Source: an uncultured Methanobacteriaceae archaeon | Lineage (GTDB): Archaea; Methanobacteriota; Methanobacteria; Methanobacteriales; Methanobacteriaceae | Direction of reading: 5' to 3' | DNA length: 64,000 nucleotides | Assembly: GCA_963703015.1 (NCBI GenBank) | Contig: OY969779.1 | Span: 2,122,328-2,186,327, forward strand | Shown here: in pieces, positions 9,900 to 19,792 of the stretch | Layout: each line of letters opens with the position of its first letter | Numbering within the stretch: the stretch's first letter is position 1 | Translations under genes and position numbers: made by a program | Notes under the pieces: generated by a model | Seen by the model: only the letters and a program-made list of their open reading frames with translations | Told to the model about the DNA's origin: nothing | The model's database searches: none

Positions 9900-10742
9900 G
9901 ATACTCCTCAAAAAATAGAAAAAAATAGTATCAATGTATTGCTCTTTTTCTTGGACATTTGCCATTAGTTTGAATGGTGAATAATTTTTTACTTGAACCG
10001 GTAATTTAAAAATAGCTTTTATAATGCTTAGATTTGTTTTTGTTGAGATTATGATTTTGTTTTTTGAATTTTTTATAGTTGATATTGTTCTATCTATGTT
10101 TCCTCCGATTTCAGTGTTTGTTGGTGGTGTTGTTTCTGTTGTGGTTGGTATTGTTCCGTCTATGTTTCCTCCGATTTCAGTGTTTGTTGGTGGTGTTGTT
10201 TCTGTTGTGGTTGGTATTGTTCCGTCTATGTTTCCTCCGATTTCAGTGTTTGTTGGTGGTGTTGTTTCTGTTGTGGTTGGTATTGTTCCGTCTATGTTTC
10301 CTCCGATTTCAGTGTTTGTTGGTGGTGTTGTTTCTGTTGTGGTTGGTATTGTTCCGTCTATGTTTCCTCCGATTTCAGTGTTTGTTGGTGGTGTTGTTTC
10401 TGTTGTGGTTGGTATTGTTCCGTCTATGTTTCCTCCGATTTCAGTGTTTGTTGGTGGTGTTGTTTCTGTTGTGGTTGGTATTGTTCCGTCTATGTTTCCT
10501 CCGATTTCAGTGTTTGTTGGTGTTGTTTCTGTTGTGGTTGGTATTGTTCCGTCTATGTTTCCTCCGATTTCAGTGTTTGTTGGTGGTGTTTCTGTTGTGG
10601 TTGGTATTGTTCCGTCTATGTTTCCTCCGATTTCAATAGGGTTTGTGGCTTCTGCAATGTCACAGGAAATGATAAGGGTCATACTTAAAAATAATATTGA
10701 GAATATAATTCCTTTGTAAATGTTAGCGTTGTCTTGTTTCAA
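9894..10742 (-). CDS. Secreted Thr/Pro-rich tandem-repeat protein
   Basis: Signal-peptide-like N-terminus, then repeats of TNTEIGGNIDGTIPTTTETTPP and a basic C-terminal tail. Upstream GGAGG RBS and TTG start. Confidence 0.7.
   Translation of the reverse strand: MKQDNANIYKGIIFSILFLSMTLIISCDIAEATNPIEIGGNIDGTIPTTTETPPTNTEIGGNIDGTIPTTTETTPTNTEIGGNIDGTIPTTTETTPPTNTEIGGNIDGTIPTTTETTPPTNTEIGGNIDGTIPTTTETTPPTNTEIGGNIDGTIPTTTETTPPTNTEIGGNIDGTIPTTTETTPPTNTEIGGNIDGTIPTTTETTPPTNTEIGGNIDRTISTIKNSKNKIIISTKTNLSIIKAIFKLPVQVKNYSPFKLMANVQEKEQYIDTIFFYFLRSIL
10091..10634. repeat. Coding tandem repeat: 66-bp unit, eight units (six of 66 bp, two of 63 bp) plus a partial ninth
   Basis: The motif tttcctccgatttc occurs 9 times at 66/63-bp spacing, with essentially identical units. 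Confidence 0.95.
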
Positions 10743-11045
10743 CTTATATCCTCCTATTTCTTCTTAATTTAACTACTGTATTTTACAAAGCCACAAACAT
10801 TAATATTTTTTCGATTTTTTCGTGATTTACGTCACAAAAATAATAGTAGTTTAGTACCTTAATAAATGTTTTTTTAGGCATTAAAGATGTTTTGGAAGAA
10901 ATAATAGTGATTATGTAAAAAATATTCAGTTTTAACAGTTTAAACGTTAATAATTGACTTTAAAAATAAAACATCACTATAATAATATGTTCATGAAAGT
11001 AAATATTTTAAGAAACTATCTAAAAAAGAAAAGAAAAGAAAGAAA

Positions 11046-14000
11046 TCAACTCACAGTTATACTAATCTGTGATGAATTACCACTACTTACAGGTTCGTAC
11101 TCATTTTCTGCGGTTTTTGTTGCATTTAATGTATAAGTGGTATGCCCGTATGATGTTTTAAGTAGTGTGAATGTTAATGTGGCAGTTTCATTTATGTTTA
11201 AATTTCCAATGTTCCAAATCCCTGTGGATGATGTATAGTTGCCTTTATTAGGTGTTGAGGATACAATTGTCAGTCCACTCGGTATTAAATCAGTTATTTG
11301 AACTCCTGTAGCGTTTTGTAATCCATTATTTGTAACATTGACTGTTACATTGAAGTTGGTGTTACGTTTTGGGCTAGTGGTGCTTGGTGTTTGAGTTACA
11401 GTAATAACAGGAGTAATTGTGTTTCCATTACTGTCGAACCATATTGTTTTATTGGATAATATATTGAGGTCTTGAGTTCCATTCCATAAAATTTTATATG
11501 TTGTTCCATTATCTCCTTTATTTATCCTGACAGTTGAATCGATATTTTCATCATTTTTCCATTGCATATTTCCATAAATAAACGCAAATTTACCGTCTTT
11601 TGTTATTATAACGCTGAAGGTATCTAATTGGGAGGGATTTGTGTTTTGTGTAAATGATGGTAAATGATCCCATGTAATTGTAATATTGTTGTCGTTAACG
11701 AGATATGTGATGTTTCCAAGATTAGTTACATCTAAATCTGCCCAGAATGGTGCTATATATGCTATACTGCTTGGGGGGGCTGCGTTGTAATATGGTCCGG
11801 GTACAGGTGAACCGAAAGATACCAATCCATTCACACTTATGTATACCGTAGTATAAGTTTGACCATAGAAAGTTACTGGAAATGGTAATGTAATTGCAGT
11901 AGTGGTTCCGTCATCACTATTTATTGTTCCGCTGGTTGTACCTTCGTTTGTGAATGAATTTGTTTTATTTATTATACCATTTAAGACAAGATTTACACTT
12001 TGAGCATCATTTTGGGTATTCCAATCAAATTCATTTTCCGCTGTTTTTGAAGCCGTGTTTACGAAGTTTCCAATGTTTATTACTTTAGCTATAATAGTTA
12101 ATGTGCCTGTATCTCCATTTAAGATGTTTTGAATGGTCCATATTCCATTACTAAATGTTCCATAGTTAGTATCGGATGAAACATACTGTAAACCAGCTGG
12201 CAATAAGTCAGTTATATTCACTCCTGTAGCAATATCTGGCCCATTATTGGTAGTGTTTATAATAATTGTAATTGTGTCACCAGTAGAAGGTTTAGTATTG
12301 TTTATTGTTTGTGTTACGGCGATGTCTGCTGCGTCTGGTATGTTTATGGTGTTTGTTTGTGCGTTGTTGTTGTAGTTCCAGTCTATGAAGTTGGGTGTTA
12401 GTGGTGCTGTGAGTGCTGCTGTGTTTGTTATTGTTCCTGTTGCCGTGATTTGTGCGTTTATTATTAGTGTTTGTGTTATGCCGTTGTTGAGGTTTCCAAT
12501 TGTCCACATTCCTGTGGTGGGGTTGTATGCTCCGTTGGAGTTGTCCGATATGTATGTTAGTCCGTTTGGCAGTAAATCTTTGATTGTTACTCCTGTGCTG
12601 TTGTCTGGTCCGTTGTTTTTTGCGGTAATGGTGATAGTGACGTTGTTATTGTATTTGGTTGTTCCTGTTATGGTTTGGTTTACCTGGATATCTCCACTGG
12701 GTCTTACTGTTGTTGTAGCATTTTGTGTTGGTTGTGTTGTGTAAATTGGTGATATTACTGTTGCATTGTTGGTTAAATTTGCTGTTTGAGTTCCTGTAGC
12801 CAACGATCTGAGGAACACATTCATAAATGCTGTTCCACCCGGTGTTGAATCAATTCCTTTTGGCATGTAAGGTATTGTCCAGAGTATTGCTGTTACTTTT
12901 CCATTACTATCTGTAATGAGTGTTGTATTCCCATTGCCCCTAGTATCACAACCAATGTACTGATAGCCATCTGCAATTATATATTTAACAACTACATTGG
13001 TTGCATCGTCATAGCTGTCTGTGCTGCCTTTGTTTCTTACATCTACTACGTAAGTTGGGGTATTACTTGCATCAAAAGATCCATTAGCTGATATTGCCCA
13101 TAGGTATTGTGTTACTGTTATGTTGGTTTGGGGTGTGTATGTTTTTCCGGGTGGTATTATTATGGTGGTTTGTGCGTTGTTGTTGTAGTTCCAGTCTATG
13201 AAGTTGGGTGTTAGTGGTGCTGTGAGTGCTGCTGTGTTTTTGATTATGTTTGTTGTTGTGATTTGGGCTGTGATTATTAGTGTTTGTGTTATGCCGTTGT
13301 TGAGGTTTCCGATGGTCCACATTCCTGTGGTGGGGTTGTATGCTCCGTTGGAGTTGTCTGATATGTATGTTAGTCCGTTTGGTAATAGGTCTTTGATTGT
13401 TACTCCAGTACTGTTGTCTGGGCCGTTGTTTTTTACGGTTATGTTGATTTTTACTTGGCTGTTAAGGTTGGTTGTTCCTGTTATGGTTTGGTTTACTTGG
13501 ATATCTCCGCTGGGTCTTACGATGATTGATGTGCTGGTTTGGTTGTTTGTGTTGTTTATGTCATCTTGGTCGACGCTTTTGAGTGTGGCAGTGTTGGTTA
13601 AGTTGGGTGTGTTAGTTCCTGTTGTTAGTGTTTTGAGGAATACATTCATGAATGCTGTTCCGCCAGGTGTTGATTCATATGCTTTTGGCATGTAGGGGAT
13701 TGTCCAAAGTATTGCTGTTACTTTTCCGTTACTGTCTTTTATGAGTGTTGTGTATCCGTTTCCTCTGGTGTCTGCTGCACTGTATTGGAATCCATTTCCT
13801 ATGTCGTATTCTATTACGACATTAGTAGCATCATCAAGTGTGCCCATATTTCTTACATCTACAACAAATGCTGGCACATTACTTGCATCAAAGGATCCTG
13901 CGGATGGTGTGAACCATAGGTATTGGTTGACTTTTATGTCTACAGCTTTTGGTACGTTTATACTTGTTTTTTGTGCGTTGTTATCTATTTGTGGGTCTGT

Positions 14001-14396
14001 TTCTGTTTGTGCTGTTTTGGTGGCGTTGTTTTTGATTATTCCGGTACTTGTTACGTTTGTTATTATGTTCAGTGTTTTTGCTACGCCGTCGTTGATTGTT
14101 CCAATTGTCCATATTCCGGTTGTGGGGTTGTATGCTCCGTTTGAATCGTCTGATATGTATGTTAAGCCTTTTGGTATTTTTGTAGTGATTTGAACGCCAG
14201 TTGCAGCGTCCGGTCCTTTATTTGTTACAGTTGTGGCGTATTTGATTGTTGATCCGTAATGTGGTGCTGTATTATTCACGGTTTGATTAACCTGAATGTC
14301 TGCACTAGCCGCACTAACTGCACCACTTAATAAAACTGCAAAAAATAAACTAAAAATCAAAAATATAAACTTGCTATCTATAAACTTCTTACTCAA
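11046..14396 (-). CDS. Adhesin-like surface protein: multiple DUF11 (Ig-like) domains, a NIDO-like domain and a terminal DUF11
   Basis: Signal peptide and repeated N.GPD.ATGV.I.D.LP.GL.Y...W.IG.L modules. LPFPVTFYGQTY...VNGLVSF...IAPFWADLD is the NIDO-like signature. Confidence 0.88.
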   Translation of the reverse strand: MSKKFIDSKFIFLIFSLFFAVLLSGAVSAASADIQVNQTVNNTAPHYGSTIKYATTVTNKGPDAATGVQITTKIPKGLTYISDDSNGAYNPTTGIWTIGTINDGVAKTLNIITNVTSTGIIKNNATKTAQTETDPQIDNNAQKTSINVPKAVDIKVNQYLWFTPSAGSFDASNVPAFVVDVRNMGTLDDATNVVIEYDIGNGFQYSAADTRGNGYTTLIKDSNGKVTAILWTIPYMPKAYESTPGGTAFMNVFLKTLTTGTNTPNLTNTATLKSVDQDDINNTNNQTSTSIIVRPSGDIQVNQTITGTTNLNSQVKINITVKNNGPDNSTGVTIKDLLPNGLTYISDNSNGAYNPTTGMWTIGNLNNGITQTLIITAQITTTNIIKNTAALTAPLTPNFIDWNYNNNAQTTIIIPPGKTYTPQTNITVTQYLWAISANGSFDASNTPTYVVDVRNKGSTDSYDDATNVVVKYIIADGYQYIGCDTRGNGNTTLITDSNGKVTAILWTIPYMPKGIDSTPGGTAFMNVFLRSLATGTQTANLTNNATVISPIYTTQPTQNATTTVRPSGDIQVNQTITGTTKYNNNVTITITAKNNGPDNSTGVTIKDLLPNGLTYISDNSNGAYNPTTGMWTIGNLNNGITQTLIINAQITATGTITNTAALTAPLTPNFIDWNYNNNAQTNTINIPDAADIAVTQTINNTKPSTGDTITIIINTTNNGPDIATGVNITDLLPAGLQYVSSDTNYGTFSNGIWTIQNILNGDTGTLTIIAKVINIGNFVNTASKTAENEFDWNTQNDAQSVNLVLNGIINKTNSFTNEGTTSGTINSDDGTTTAITLPFPVTFYGQTYTTVYISVNGLVSFGSPVPGPYYNAAPPSSIAYIAPFWADLDVTNLGNITYLVNDNNITITWDHLPSFTQNTNPSQLDTFSVIITKDGKFAFIYGNMQWKNDENIDSTVRINKGDNGTTYKILWNGTQDLNILSNKTIWFDSNGNTITPVITVTQTPSTTSPKRNTNFNVTVNVTNNGLQNATGVQITDLIPSGLTIVSSTPNKGNYTSSTGIWNIGNLNINETATLTFTLLKTSYGHTTYTLNATKTAENEYEPVSSGNSSQISITVS
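12296..14384. repeat. Copy 1 of a 2089-bp near-identical direct repeat (copy 2 at 15613..17701)
   Basis: Constant 3317-bp offset at both ends. Identical shadow ORFs occur at 12292/15609 and 13741/17058. Confidence 0.92.
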
Positions 14397-14746
14397 ACTT
14401 TCCCCCTCACCTTCATTCTTTTTAATATTTTATTTCGTTACAATCCCAAAAAAATCAATTTTTTATAGAAATTCTAGAGAATTTTCTATGTAATCGTTAA
14501 TACTAATACTTCTAAAATAATCTTTATAAATGTTTTGTTTATATTTTGATTTTTGTGATGATATGCACTTTATGGAAAATTAGTAGTGAATATAATCACA
14601 AACTCAAATCAAACTCAAATATTTCATGTGAAATTAACCTTCATAATTTTTAAATACAAAATTAAATTGTAATAATTTTCTAAAAAACAGATAATAGAAT
14701 CAAATATTGAATAAAATAAAAAAAAGGAAAAAAAACAAAGATAAAT

Positions 14747-17710
14747 TTAGAGGGGATTTGGAATTCCATTACTATCAAACCAAATATTTGAGGGTAATGA
14801 ACTCAAATCTTGAGTGCCATCCCAAAAATCATGGTAAGTACTGCTGTCGCCTTTATTTATCCTAGCATAGGTTAAATATTCATCATTCGTCCACTGAACA
14901 TCATTATAAATAAAAGCAAATTCACCATATGCATTCATTATTAAACTTACTGTATTCACAACGTCACTAGTACAGTTTGTATGGCAAGGTATACTGTCCC
15001 AAGTAATCATTGCCTGATCATCACTTACAGAATAACTAATATTACCCAAATAAGTTGTATCAAAATCTGCCCAAAATGGTGCTAAATATGCCACATTTGA
15101 TGGTGGTAATGTGCTGAACTGTCCTGTTACAGGAGCATTGAATGATACTAATCCATTAACATTTATATAGATGGTATTATAAGTTTGACCATATAAAGTT
15201 ACGTTGAAAGGTAATGTTATTTTACTTGTACTTCCATCATTATCATCAGTTGCGCCATCAGATGTTCCATCACTCGTGAAAGCCATTTTATTTATAGTTT
15301 CTAATATATTCAAACCATTACTAGTCACATCATTAGAGTTATTCCAATCATATTCATTATCACGAATTGTTATTGGATTTGTGAAACTGATAACATTCAC
15401 CAGTTTAGCTATCAATGTTAAAGTTGTGCTATCTCCATTTAGTAAGTCTTGAATGATCCACGTATTATCGTTGTATGTACCATAACTTGTTTCTGATGAT
15501 ATATATTGCAAGCCTTGAGGTAATAAATCAGATATATTTAGGTTTGTAGCAATGTCCGGGCCATTGTTAACTACATTCAAAACTATTTCAACATCTTCTG
15601 AATCGCCGTCAATATTGTTTATTGTTTGTGTTACGGCGATGTCTGCTGCGTCTGGTATGTTTATGGTGTTTGTTTGTGCGTTGTTGTTGTAGTTCCAGTC
15701 TATGAAGTTGGGTGTTAGTGGTGCTGTGAGTGCTGCTGTGTTTGTTATTGTTCCTGTTGCCGTGATTTGTGCGTTTATTATTAGTGTTTGTGTTATGCCG
15801 TTGTTGAGGTTTCCAATTGTCCACATTCCTGTGGTGGGGTTGTATGCTCCGTTGGAGTTGTCCGATATGTATGTTAGTCCGTTTGGCAGTAAATCTTTGA
15901 TTGTTACTCCTGTGCTGTTGTCTGGTCCGTTGTTTTTTGCGGTAATGGTGATAGTGACGTTGTTATTGTATTTGGTTGTTCCTGTTATGGTTTGGTTTAC
16001 CTGGATATCTCCACTGGGTCTTACTGTTGTTGTAGCATTTTGTGTTGGTTGTGTTGTGTAAATTGGTGATATTACTGTTGCATTGTTGGTTAAATTTGCT
16101 GTTTGAGTTCCTGTAGCCAACGATCTGAGGAACACATTCATAAATGCTGTTCCGCCAAGTGTTGATTCATATGCTTTTGGCATGTAAGGTATTGTCCAGA
16201 GTATTGCTGTTACTTTTCCATTACTATCTGTAATGAGTGTTGTATTCCCATTGCCCCTAGTATCACAACCAATGTATTGGAATTCGTTTCCAATATCGTA
16301 TTCTATTATTACATTGGTTGCATCGTCATAGTCGTCTGTGCTGCCTTTGTTTCTTACATCTACTACGTATGTTGGCGTATTACTTGCATCAAAAGATCCA
16401 TTTACTGTTGTGGTCCATAGGTATTGTGTTACTGTTATGTTGGTTTGGGGTGTGTATGTTTTTCCGGGTGGTATTATTATGGTGGTTTGTGCGTTGTTGT
16501 TGTAGTTCCAGTCTATGAAGTTGGGTGTTAGTGGTGCTGTGAGTGCTGCTGTGTTTTTGATTATGTTTGTTGTTGTGATTTGGGCTGTGATTATGAGTGT
16601 TTGTGTTATGCCGTTGTTGAGGTTTCCGATGGTCCATATTCCTGTGGTGGGGTTGTATGCTCCGTTGGAGTTGTCTGATATGTATGTTAGTCCGTTTGGT
16701 AATAGGTCTTTGATTGTTACTCCAGTACTGTTGTCTGGGCCGTTGTTTTTTATAGTTATGTTGATTTTTACTTGGCTGTTAAGGTTGGTTGTTCCTGTTA
16801 TGGTTTGGTTTACTTGGATATCTCCGCTGGGTCTTACGATGATTGATGTGCTGGTTTGGTTGTTTGTGTTGTTTATGTCATCTTGGTCGACGCTTTTGAG
16901 TGTGGCAGTGTTGGTTAAGTTGGGTGTGTTAGTTCCTGTTGTTAGTGTTTTGAGGAATACATTCATGAATGCTGTTCCGCCAGGTGTTGATTCATATGCT
17001 TTTGGCATGTAGGGGATTGTCCAAAGTATTGCTGTTACTTTTCCGTTACTGTCTTTTATGAGTGTTGTGTATCCGTTTCCTCTGGTGTCTGCTGCACTGT
17101 ATTGGAATCCATTTCCTATGTCGTATTCTATTACGACATTAGTAGCATCATCAAGTGTGCCCATATTTCTTACATCTACAACAAATGCTGGCACATTACT
17201 TGCATCAAAGGATCCTGCGGATGGTGTGAACCATAGGTATTGGTTGACTTTTATGTCTACAGCTTTTGGTACGTTTATACTTGTTTTTTGTGCGTTGTTA
17301 TCTATTTGTGGGTCTGTTTCTGTTTGTGCTGTTTTGGTGGCGTTGTTTTTGATTATTCCGGTACTTGTTACGTTTGTTATTATGTTCAGTGTTTTTGCTA
17401 CGCCGTCGTTGATTGTTCCAATTGTCCATATTCCGGTTGTGGGGTTGTATGCTCCGTTTGAATCGTCTGATATGTATGTTAAGCCTTTTGGTATTTTTGT
17501 AGTGATTTGAACGCCAGTTGCAGCGTCCGGTCCTTTATTTGTTACAGTTGTGGCGTATTTGATTGTTGATCCGTAATGTGGTGCTGTATTATTCACGGTT
17601 TGATTAACCTGAATGTCTGCACTAGCCGCACTAACTGCACCACTTAATAAAACTGCAAAAAATAAACTAAAAATCAAGAATATAAACTTGCTATCTATAA
17701 ATTTATTCAT
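14747..17710 (-). CDS. Paralogous DUF11 + NIDO-like adhesin (tandem duplicate)
   Basis: N-terminal ~690 aa nearly identical to 11046..14396, with a diverged NIDO-like C-terminus. Start moved to ATG 17710 (MNKFIDSK, GGGGGA RBS); the ORF track starts at 17827. Confidence 0.88.
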   Translation of the reverse strand: MNKFIDSKFIFLIFSLFFAVLLSGAVSAASADIQVNQTVNNTAPHYGSTIKYATTVTNKGPDAATGVQITTKIPKGLTYISDDSNGAYNPTTGIWTIGTINDGVAKTLNIITNVTSTGIIKNNATKTAQTETDPQIDNNAQKTSINVPKAVDIKVNQYLWFTPSAGSFDASNVPAFVVDVRNMGTLDDATNVVIEYDIGNGFQYSAADTRGNGYTTLIKDSNGKVTAILWTIPYMPKAYESTPGGTAFMNVFLKTLTTGTNTPNLTNTATLKSVDQDDINNTNNQTSTSIIVRPSGDIQVNQTITGTTNLNSQVKINITIKNNGPDNSTGVTIKDLLPNGLTYISDNSNGAYNPTTGIWTIGNLNNGITQTLIITAQITTTNIIKNTAALTAPLTPNFIDWNYNNNAQTTIIIPPGKTYTPQTNITVTQYLWTTTVNGSFDASNTPTYVVDVRNKGSTDDYDDATNVIIEYDIGNEFQYIGCDTRGNGNTTLITDSNGKVTAILWTIPYMPKAYESTLGGTAFMNVFLRSLATGTQTANLTNNATVISPIYTTQPTQNATTTVRPSGDIQVNQTITGTTKYNNNVTITITAKNNGPDNSTGVTIKDLLPNGLTYISDNSNGAYNPTTGMWTIGNLNNGITQTLIINAQITATGTITNTAALTAPLTPNFIDWNYNNNAQTNTINIPDAADIAVTQTINNIDGDSEDVEIVLNVVNNGPDIATNLNISDLLPQGLQYISSETSYGTYNDNTWIIQDLLNGDSTTLTLIAKLVNVISFTNPITIRDNEYDWNNSNDVTSNGLNILETINKMAFTSDGTSDGATDDNDGSTSKITLPFNVTLYGQTYNTIYINVNGLVSFNAPVTGQFSTLPPSNVAYLAPFWADFDTTYLGNISYSVSDDQAMITWDSIPCHTNCTSDVVNTVSLIMNAYGEFAFIYNDVQWTNDEYLTYARINKGDSSTYHDFWDGTQDLSSLPSNIWFDSNGIPNPL
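15613..17701. repeat. Copy 2 of the 2089-bp direct repeat
   Basis: Matches 12296..14384 apart from a few substitutions and one divergent patch (16154..16415). Confidence 0.92.
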
Positions 17711-17830
17711 TATTAGTTCCCCCAAAACACTAACATATTCCGCAAAATTATTATTATCTATGAATTGGTAGCAAATATAAATATATAAAATTATGTATAA
17801 TCCAGAAATAAGCTTATGTTTATACAATTA

Positions 17831-17860
17831 TTTATAAATTCAATTAATATTTTTAGGAGA
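17831..17860 (+). promoter_or_regulatory. Candidate TATA box (TTTATAAA) and RBS (AGGAGA) for the cyclase-precursor block
   Basis: TTTATAAA at 17831-17838 and AGGAGA at 17855-17860, upstream of ATG 17871. The region is AT-rich, so specificity is weak. Confidence 0.35.
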
Positions 17861-17870
17861 ATATACGGTT

Positions 17871-19760
17871 ATGGGTGCAATAGTAGGAATTTTTAATCGT
17901 AATGGACACGAAGTAGATATAAATCACATTAAACGTATGAATAATTGTATTTCATATATTGGGAAGGATGGATCTGCAATTTTAAATAAAGGATCTATAG
18001 CATTTGGTCACCAAATGCTTCACACTACTAAAGAATCAATGAGTGAGAATCTTCCATTCTATGACAAAAGTTCAAGATTAATAATTACAGCGGATGCAAG
18101 GATAGATAATAGGGATGAACTTTCAAAGCATTTAAACATTGAAAACAATTATAAAGTGTCTGATAGTTTTTACATTCTCAAATCTTATCAAAAATGGGGA
18201 GAAAATTGTACCGATAAAATTATTGGGGATTTTGCTTTTGCTATATGGGATATAAATAATGATCAACTGTTTTGTGCAAGGGATCATGTTGGAGTAAAAC
18301 CATTTTATTATTACGTGGATGAAAAAATATTTTTATTTTCAACAGAAATAAAATCATTAATAACAAATCCGCTAGTAAATTATTCTTTAAATGAAAAAAA
18401 AGCGGCATATTATTTGTTAGGTTCCTATGATGACAGGGAAATAACATTTTATAACAATATTTCTCGTTTACCTGCAGCTAACAGATTAATAGTCACTGAT
18501 GATACGTTTGAATTGATTAAATATTGGAGTTTAGATTATAATAAAAAAATTAATTTAGATTCAGAAAATGAATACTTTACCAGTTTTCGAAAAATTTTTA
18601 ATAATGCTGTTAAAGTTCGCTTAAGAAGTGCTTTTCCAGTAGGGGCTATGCTTAGTGGGGGATTGGATTCTTCATCCATTGTTTGCACTGCTCGTAATAT
18701 GTTAATGAAAAACAACAATAGTTATCCATTAAAAACTTTTTCATTAATTTTTGATAACACTCCTGAAGGTGATGAAAGAGAATTTATAAATCATGTAATT
18801 AAAAAAGGATTTATTCAACCTATTTTTATTAATGCGGATAATTATAGCCCTGTATTTGATAATAATCCTATTTTGTGGAATAATGATGAACCAAATAGGG
18901 CATTTAACTTATATTATGATTATTTATTAGATGAAGCTGCAAACAAAAATTCTATAAGAATTTTACTTGATGGATTGGGTGGAGATTCAACAGTTTCACA
19001 TGGAAAGGGATTAGTAGTAGACTACTTAAATAATAATAATTTTAAAAAAGCATTTAATGAAATTAACTGCACATCAAAACGTTTACAACAAAACAAGACT
19101 AAATTATTTGTAAATGAACTTATACTTACTTGTCCAGATTCCTTTTTAATTAAATTTCTGAATAACAATATATTGAAAAATAATAGAAATATATTAAACC
19201 ACGATTTTCAAGAATATATCAACGAACATTATGAATTATTATCTAAAAATAAAATAGTGAATCTCTCAGATAAAGCTAAAGAATATCATTTTAACATGCT
19301 AAATTCTGGTTTGATTCAGCATACATTTGAAGAAATAAACAAAATAACGACCTATTTTAATGTTGAGCAGCGTTATCCATTTTATGATGTCAATTTGTTG
19401 GAATTTTGTTTGGCTGTTCCATCAGAAATAAAACGTAAATATGGATGGGATCGGTTTTTGATGAGACAAGCCATGAATGAAGTTTTGCCTAAAGAAATTC
19501 AATGGCGCGAAAATAAAAAAACAGGAATTAATAGCAACATTAAAAATTTTATATCTCATGATTCAAAATTTATTGACGCTGTGTTAAATGATAATGAAAT
19601 TATTCAAAAATATGTTGATATAGATTTACTTCAAAAACTTTGGGAGGATGTAAAGAAGAATCAAAGACCAAAGGAATTTTTTTTATTGTGGAATGGTATT
19701 TCCTTAGCTTTATGGTTGAACCAATCCAATTTAAATAGTAAAAAATTTAATATATCTTAA
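17871..19760 (+). CDS. Lasso cyclase (asparagine-synthetase-like macrolactam synthetase)
   Basis: AsnB fold: ADARIDNR, GDFAFAIWD, ARDHVGVKPFYY, ATP motif LSGGLDSS, LDGLGGD and RYPFYD. It begins MGAIVG, lacking the glutaminase Cys of AsnB (MCGI). The precursor gene is 32 nt downstream. Confidence 0.85.
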   Translation: MGAIVGIFNRNGHEVDINHIKRMNNCISYIGKDGSAILNKGSIAFGHQMLHTTKESMSENLPFYDKSSRLIITADARIDNRDELSKHLNIENNYKVSDSFYILKSYQKWGENCTDKIIGDFAFAIWDINNDQLFCARDHVGVKPFYYYVDEKIFLFSTEIKSLITNPLVNYSLNEKKAAYYLLGSYDDREITFYNNISRLPAANRLIVTDDTFELIKYWSLDYNKKINLDSENEYFTSFRKIFNNAVKVRLRSAFPVGAMLSGGLDSSSIVCTARNMLMKNNNSYPLKTFSLIFDNTPEGDEREFINHVIKKGFIQPIFINADNYSPVFDNNPILWNNDEPNRAFNLYYDYLLDEAANKNSIRILLDGLGGDSTVSHGKGLVVDYLNNNNFKKAFNEINCTSKRLQQNKTKLFVNELILTCPDSFLIKFLNNNILKNNRNILNHDFQEYINEHYELLSKNKIVNLSDKAKEYHFNMLNSGLIQHTFEEINKITTYFNVEQRYPFYDVNLLEFCLAVPSEIKRKYGWDRFLMRQAMNEVLPKEIQWRENKKTGINSNIKNFISHDSKFIDAVLNDNEIIQKYVDIDLLQKLWEDVKKNQRPKEFFLLWNGISLALWLNQSNLNSKKFNIS

Positions 19761-19792
19761 AAAGATTAAAATATTAATTGGGGTATGGATAT

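Noticed and set aside
10091-10634. 66-bp repeat as a possible CRISPR array
   Set aside because: Units are contiguous and identical with no unique spacers, their lengths are multiples of 3, they lie in frame within a signal-peptide ORF, and no cas genes are present.
10024-10719. Plus-strand ORFs 10024..10719 and 10079..10639
   Set aside because: Antisense shadows kept open by the stop-free repeat. The minus-strand ORF has the RBS, signal peptide and sensible composition.
9894-10742. Repeat protein as a multi-core lasso precursor
   Set aside because: It has no YxxPxL leader, has a secretion signal, and lacks Thr at -2 before any Gly with Asp/Glu at +7 to +9. A canonical precursor exists at 19793.
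12292-17510. Many short ORFs overlapping the DUF11 genes on both strands
   Set aside because: Alternative-frame or antisense shadows of N/T-rich coding sequence, duplicated along with the repeat.
17871-19760. Annotation as ordinary asparagine synthetase AsnB
   Set aside because: It lacks the N-terminal catalytic Cys and is flanked by a precursor, with RRE and B2 genes nearby.
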